From: a virus
Taxonomy: Duplodnaviria > Heunggongvirae > Uroviricota > Caudoviricetes
Virus record (IMG/VR): IMGVR_UViG_3300021400_005610
DNA: 18,945 bases
Strand: one strand, 5' to 3'
The position numbers and the translations under genes are program-made. Numbering within the stretch: position 1 is the stretch's first letter; each line of letters begins with the position of its first letter. Under the pieces are notes generated by a model that saw nothing but the letters and a program-made list of their open reading frames with translations, had not been told where the DNA came from and did no database searches. Below, piece by piece: positions 15,066 through 18,945 of this stretch.

Positions 15066-15575
15066 TGTATAACTTTTTTTTCAAAAAATATACACGCACA
15101 AATTTTGATCGTGCCGAATTTGAATTCTGTGCAGTCTGTGACTGCATTTTTCGGTTCTTCTGGGATGTATAACTTTTTTGTAGATTTTTCGAAAAAAAAT
15201 ATACACACAGCGGATTTTGGGGTCCGATGTAGATGTTTTGTATAACTTTTGCTCGAAAAAAATATACATACCTGAATTTGCATTTTGTGTAGTATAGAAG
15301 CGGATTTTTCAAATTTTGGTTTGTTCAATTTTCAAACATGTATAACTTTTAAAAATAAAAAATATACACCTAAAATGTAGTATTAGAGCGAGTTTATTTA
15401 GATTTGTATATCTTGTATATTTTTTTTAGAAGTTAATGTGTAGAAAATATCTCCGTTCATATCACTAATTTGCATTTCATTGGCTTGTATACTGCATTTG
15501 TTTCTTTTTGTGGGTGTATTTACGTTTTGGTGTATATCATATTATCTATAAAAGGATTGGAAAAAAAAATATACA
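15066..15575. repeat. Cluster of inverted half-sites: four TGTATAACTTTT-(n)-AAAAAATATACA units plus further TGTATA/TATACA half-sites
   Basis: Units at 15066-15094, 15166-15205, 15239-15268 and 15339-15368. An extra inverted pair, TGTATATTTTTTTT (15414-15427) and AAAAAAAAATATACA (15561-15575). More hexamers near 15405, 15487, 15531 and 15579. Confidence 0.85.
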
Positions 15576-15706
15576 TCGTATACATTTGGCACTTTTGGGC
15601 CGTTTTGATATGTCATTTTGACACCTCAAAATCTGACACAGATATGTCCTCTGCGTGTACGAAGTGGAAACTTTTCGGTTTGATGAAAAGATATTTTCGA
15701 AAAACC

Positions 15707-15735
15707 TTGATAAATGAGCATTTTTGTGGTATAAT
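15707..15735 (+). promoter_or_regulatory. Sigma-A promoter for the DUF5131 gene
   Basis: TTGATA-17-TATAAT with TG extended -10. RBS AAGGAGGT lies before the ATG at 15772. Confidence 0.75.
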
Positions 15736-15771
15736 ATATCCGAAGGATAGAAACTAAAAGGAGGTAAGACG

Positions 15772-16755
15772 ATGCCAAAGCCAACGCATGATATATGGAA
15801 TCCATGGCATGGATGTCATAAATGTTCACCAGGTTGCATGAATTGCTACATGTATGCTCTGGATGAAATGCGTGGTGTGGAGAGATCGGCTGATGAGGTT
15901 CGTCTCACTAAGGCTATGAATTATCCTCTCTCGAAGACACGAAGCGGCGTATATAAAGTCCGTCCTGGGGAGCGACTCAGAGTGAATATGACGAGCGATA
16001 CGTTCGTCGAGGAAGCAGATGAGTGGCGAGATCAAATGTGGGACGTGATTCGAAAGCGTCCAGATGTTATTTTTTGGATTCTCACCAAACGTCCTGAGCG
16101 TGTATTAGATCACTTACCATCTGATTGGAATGATGGATGGGATAATGTGTCGATGAATATCACGACCGAGAATCAGGAGATGTTCGATAAGCGTATGCCG
16201 ATACTTTTGCAGATTCCTGCGAAGCATAAAGGTATTTGCATCGCTCCGATGATCGGACCTGTAGATATCGCCGAGGGACTGAAGTCGGGACAGCTTGAAG
16301 AGGTGTCCTGTGGTGGTGAGAATTACAATAATCCAAGACCTTGTCGTATGGAATGGGTCCAAGCAATTGCTGCACAATGTAGGCAATATCGGACGAACTT
16401 TACGTGGTATGAGAGTGGAACGAACTTGTTTGTCGCTGGAAAACAGCATTATATGCCGTCGAAGCGTATGCAAACAATGGTTGCCTTTTGTGCCTCATTA
16501 AATCAGCATTATTATGACCCGAAGTATATACTTCGAGATCCAGAGGATGGTCATGAGCTGATTTTTTCGGAACATAAGCCGAAGGAGTATAATCTGAATC
16601 ATTGTCTGTTATGTGCCAATCAATACATTTGTAATGGCTGCAGTGGTTGTGGCACATGTGGGGAAGTCCGAATGGTTAATGAGGAATTATTCAGAGGCTA
16701 TCAGGAAGAACTCATGAGAAACAATCGCGGTTTGCTGTCACAATATATTCTATAA
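15772..16755 (+). CDS. DUF5131 (phage Gp37/Gp68-like) three-Cys-motif, radical-SAM-like protein with C-terminal Cys cluster
   Basis: WNPWHGCHKCSPGCMNCY (Cx6Cx2C), MTSDTF, WILTKRPER, ENQEMFDKR, APMIGPV, CGGEN and C-terminal CLLC..ICNGCSGCGTC. Confidence 0.87.
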   Translation: MPKPTHDIWNPWHGCHKCSPGCMNCYMYALDEMRGVERSADEVRLTKAMNYPLSKTRSGVYKVRPGERLRVNMTSDTFVEEADEWRDQMWDVIRKRPDVIFWILTKRPERVLDHLPSDWNDGWDNVSMNITTENQEMFDKRMPILLQIPAKHKGICIAPMIGPVDIAEGLKSGQLEEVSCGGENYNNPRPCRMEWVQAIAAQCRQYRTNFTWYESGTNLFVAGKQHYMPSKRMQTMVAFCASLNQHYYDPKYILRDPEDGHELIFSEHKPKEYNLNHCLLCANQYICNGCSGCGTCGEVRMVNEELFRGYQEELMRNNRGLLSQYIL

Positions 16756-16776
16756 AGAAGGACTGGTATACCATGT

Positions 16777-17091
16777 ATGGCAGACAAGAGACGCAATCGC
16801 AGGAGTTGCAGGTATTATGAAATGCCTGGGAAATGCAATCACGAATGTGGAAATGGTGATTGTAGGAACGCTGTCAAATGTGAGTATTTCGATATGCTCT
16901 CGAAGGAGGAGAAAGCATATCGTAAGGCAATGACCACGGTGGGTGTAGGTTGTGCCGTATCTCACTTTAAGTTTGGGTCTGGTACGATTAGCTTGCTCGA
17001 AGACAAGTATGTGACTGTAGCTTTCGACAAGTTTGGTGAGAAGAAATTCTTGTATCCAGACGCTATCGGAACGTATTTGACGTTGGTGTAA
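16777..17091 (+). CDS. Small protein: Cys-rich N-terminus + Tudor/SH3-like domain similar to the PcrA/UvrD C-terminal domain
   Basis: Five Cys in CRYYEMPGKCNHECGNGDCRNAVKC, then GCAVSHFKFGSGTI..YVTVAFDKFGEKKFLYP. Confidence 0.7.
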   Translation: MADKRRNRRSCRYYEMPGKCNHECGNGDCRNAVKCEYFDMLSKEEKAYRKAMTTVGVGCAVSHFKFGSGTISLLEDKYVTVAFDKFGEKKFLYPDAIGTYLTLV

Positions 17092-17109
17092 GTTGGTTTG
17101 AAATGAGTG

Positions 17110-17143
17110 AAACGAAAGAGGCATTAAGCCTCTTTTGTTTTTT
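17110..17143 (+). terminator. Intrinsic terminator
   Basis: aaacgaaagaggc-attaa-gcctcttttgttt plus T run. Confidence 0.85.
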
Positions 17144-17156
17144 ATTTGATTGTGTC

Positions 17157-17185
17157 TTGAAAAAGACTGATAATTCAAGTATATT
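17157..17185 (+). promoter_or_regulatory. Sigma-A-like promoter for the final surface-protein gene
   Basis: TTGAAA-17-TATATT. Confidence 0.55.
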
Positions 17186-17355
17186 ATAAGAGTATAGAAT
17201 TGAATAAATGAATGGTCGATTATATCCGTCAGGATGTTTATGCGTTAAAGAGACGTCGCCATGATAAGAAAGTATGCGTCTGTATAGTTTTGTATTTCTT
17301 ATCAAAGCGTTTCTTTATGCAAAAATATATAAAGAAATATGGAGGTATTTCAGTT

Positions 17356-18945
17356 ATGAAAAAATGGAATAGAAGGATTTTTTCTTTCTTGCTGGCGTTG
17401 CTGATGTGCTTGAGCATAATGAATATTATATCTCCTGTCACTGAAGTACACGCAGCTGAAACAATTATTGATTCAGGTGTTTCACGATACGGAGATTGTC
17501 CGTGGCGAGTGACAAGTGATGGTAAGTTGATATTTGGTAAAGAAGGTGAGACTCATACATTGGGACCTTTACCGTCTTATGATGGTTGGTATTACCGTCC
17601 GTGGTGTGAATATATAAACGCACAATCGGTTCCTTATGATGCTGATGTTATGGCTCGTCATGTTAGTTTCGAAGGTAATGTAATATTAAAAGGCCCATTA
17701 AGTAAATGGTTGTATGATAATGATGGAAAACAACGTTGGGGTGAAATATCTTCTATAGATTTTGAGAATACCAATGTGTCTCAACTTAATAATTATGCAT
17801 ATTTGTGTTATTTTGCGAATGGTATATCTGGTTTTAATACAGATAGATTTCCAGGTACTGGTGTAACAGATTTTAGTTATATGTTTTATCGTTCAAGTAT
17901 GAACGGTGTTGATGTTTCAGATATGGATACATCAAGTGGATTAAATTTTACTTATATGTTTCATTCTGTCGATACACGGCATCTTGATATTAGTGGCTTT
18001 GATACAAGAAATGCTACTAAAATGAAAGGTATGTTTTCAACTGTGTATGCTGATACTAGCATAGAGTCTATTACGCTTGGTCCAAATTTCAGATTTAAAG
18101 GAAATAATATTGAAGATTCAAAAGAATGGGCGATTCTTCCTACACCTCCAATGCCATTGACTACAGGGAAATGGGTTCGTGTGGATGATGATTCTATAGT
18201 GTATTCTCCTGAAGAGTTGCAAGAAGTTTATGATGCAAATCCTGATGCTATGGCGGGTACATGGACGTGGGAATTAGCGCCTAATTCATCTTGGGTTAAA
18301 ATAGATGCTAATGGCGGTTATTGTGGAACATCTTTCCTTAAATGTGTTAACGGAAACATGAACGTTAGAGTCCCTAGTGCAGGCCGATATACGAATCGTT
18401 GGCTATTAGGTTGGTCTTTAGATCCAAATGCAACGGAGCCTGATTATTTGCCTGGGGAAACGTATGAAATAGGTGTACCAGGTCAAACTGTTACTATTTA
18501 TGCTGTATGGACACAGGATGGAGTGACAAGATATAGAGGACTGCATTACTTAGAGAATTTGGAAGGTGGATATTCTTGGAATCCTACTGATACGGATGTG
18601 TATTTTGGTGAAGTAGGAAGTGAGGTTGAGGTACCTGTTCGAAATTATGAGAACTGTGCAATTCCTGAAGTAAAGACAGTTACGATTACTGGTGATGGTA
18701 ATGCGTCTGTTACTTATGAATATAAGCGTTTGCGTTATTCTATCGCTTTTGATGGAAACGGTGCTACTTCAGGTCAAATGACGAATCAAGATATGGTTGT
18801 TGGAATTGGAAGTGTTTTGCAACCAAATACATACAGTAAGAAGGGTAGCATTTTTACTGGATGGAATACAGCACCAGATGGTTCTGGAACGTCTTATACC
18901 AACGGTGCAAACGTAGTAGACCTTACAACTGAACACGGTTCCACC
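17356..18945 (+). CDS. Secreted/surface protein, 3'-truncated: Sec signal peptide, BspA/DUF285-like repeats, InlB B-repeat (Listeria-Bacteroides repeat) domains and a MucBP-like segment
   Basis: Absent from the ORF track. I translated it by hand: RBS GGAGGT at 17341, MKKWNRRIFSFLLALLMCLS..VHA, and 530 codons open to the window end. Motifs include DMDTSSGLNFTYMF, GFDTRNATKMKGMF, IDANGG..LLGWS..TIYAVW and IAFDGNGATSG..FTGWNTAPDGSGTSY. Confidence 0.88.
   Translation, partial: MKKWNRRIFSFLLALLMCLSIMNIISPVTEVHAAETIIDSGVSRYGDCPWRVTSDGKLIFGKEGETHTLGPLPSYDGWYYRPWCEYINAQSVPYDADVMARHVSFEGNVILKGPLSKWLYDNDGKQRWGEISSIDFENTNVSQLNNYAYLCYFANGISGFNTDRFPGTGVTDFSYMFYRSSMNGVDVSDMDTSSGLNFTYMFHSVDTRHLDISGFDTRNATKMKGMFSTVYADTSIESITLGPNFRFKGNNIEDSKEWAILPTPPMPLTTGKWVRVDDDSIVYSPEELQEVYDANPDAMAGTWTWELAPNSSWVKIDANGGYCGTSFLKCVNGNMNVRVPSAGRYTNRWLLGWSLDPNATEPDYLPGETYEIGVPGQTVTIYAVWTQDGVTRYRGLHYLENLEGGYSWNPTDTDVYFGEVGSEVEVPVRNYENCAIPEVKTVTITGDGNASVTYEYKRLRYSIAFDGNGATSGQMTNQDMVVGIGSVLQPNTYSKKGSIFTGWNTAPDGSGTSYTNGANVVDLTTEHGST

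Noticed and set aside
15066-15368. CRISPR array
   Set aside because: Only the arms are conserved. Unit lengths (29-40 bp) and gaps (71, 33, 70 bp) are irregular, and no cas genes are present.
15066-15575. LexA/SOS boxes
   Set aside because: The TGTATA...TATACA spacing does not fit the 16-bp proteobacterial box, and the Bacillota box (CGAAC-N4-GTTCG) is different.
14926-15757. ORFs 14926-15312, 15005-15328, 15036-15245, 15081-15269 and 15470-15757
   Set aside because: Their recurring VYFF/YIFF peptides are just translations of the DNA repeats. They overlap in several frames and lack convincing RBSs.
17200-17270. Known riboswitch (c-di-GMP, fluoride, ZTP, c-di-AMP) in the leader
   Set aside because: I could not find the conserved cores by eye. 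It is kept only as an unassigned structured leader.
7209-18945. Diversity-generating retroelement acting on the BspA-like proteins
   Set aside because: There is no reverse transcriptase, and I found no template/variable repeat pair differing only at adenines.

Overview
An AT-rich window in the style of a Bacillota (Clostridia-like) organism, with sigma-A-type promoters, AGGAGG/AAAGGA ribosome-binding sites and many intrinsic terminators. It has no rRNA, tRNA, CRISPR array, transposase, integrase or core housekeeping operon. In order it carries: a 5'-truncated sortase-anchored adhesin (6 SHIRT-like repeats + CnaB + MPETG), a dCMP deaminase, a hypothetical gene, an operon of hypothetical / RNase HI / DUF2130 / DUF4349 lipoprotein, a large BspA-type LRR protein without a signal peptide, and a coiled-coil hypothetical. 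Next comes a four-gene operon (small lipoprotein with an AYG motif, radical SAM/SPASM enzyme, signal peptidase I, membrane protein), then two minus-strand envelope genes and an ~870 bp non-coding region packed with TGTATA/TATACA inverted half-sites. The window ends with a DUF5131 three-Cys protein, a small Cys-rich/Tudor-like protein and a 3'-truncated secreted BspA/InlB-B-repeat protein that is missing from the ORF track. The gene content suggests accessory DNA, possibly a large extrachromosomal element (inference). The two strongest leads are a candidate splicease-type radical SAM/lipoprotein system coupled to a signal peptidase I, and the DnaA-box-like inverted-repeat cluster (candidate origin, partition or recombination locus). 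All family calls come from motif recognition by eye; no database search was run.
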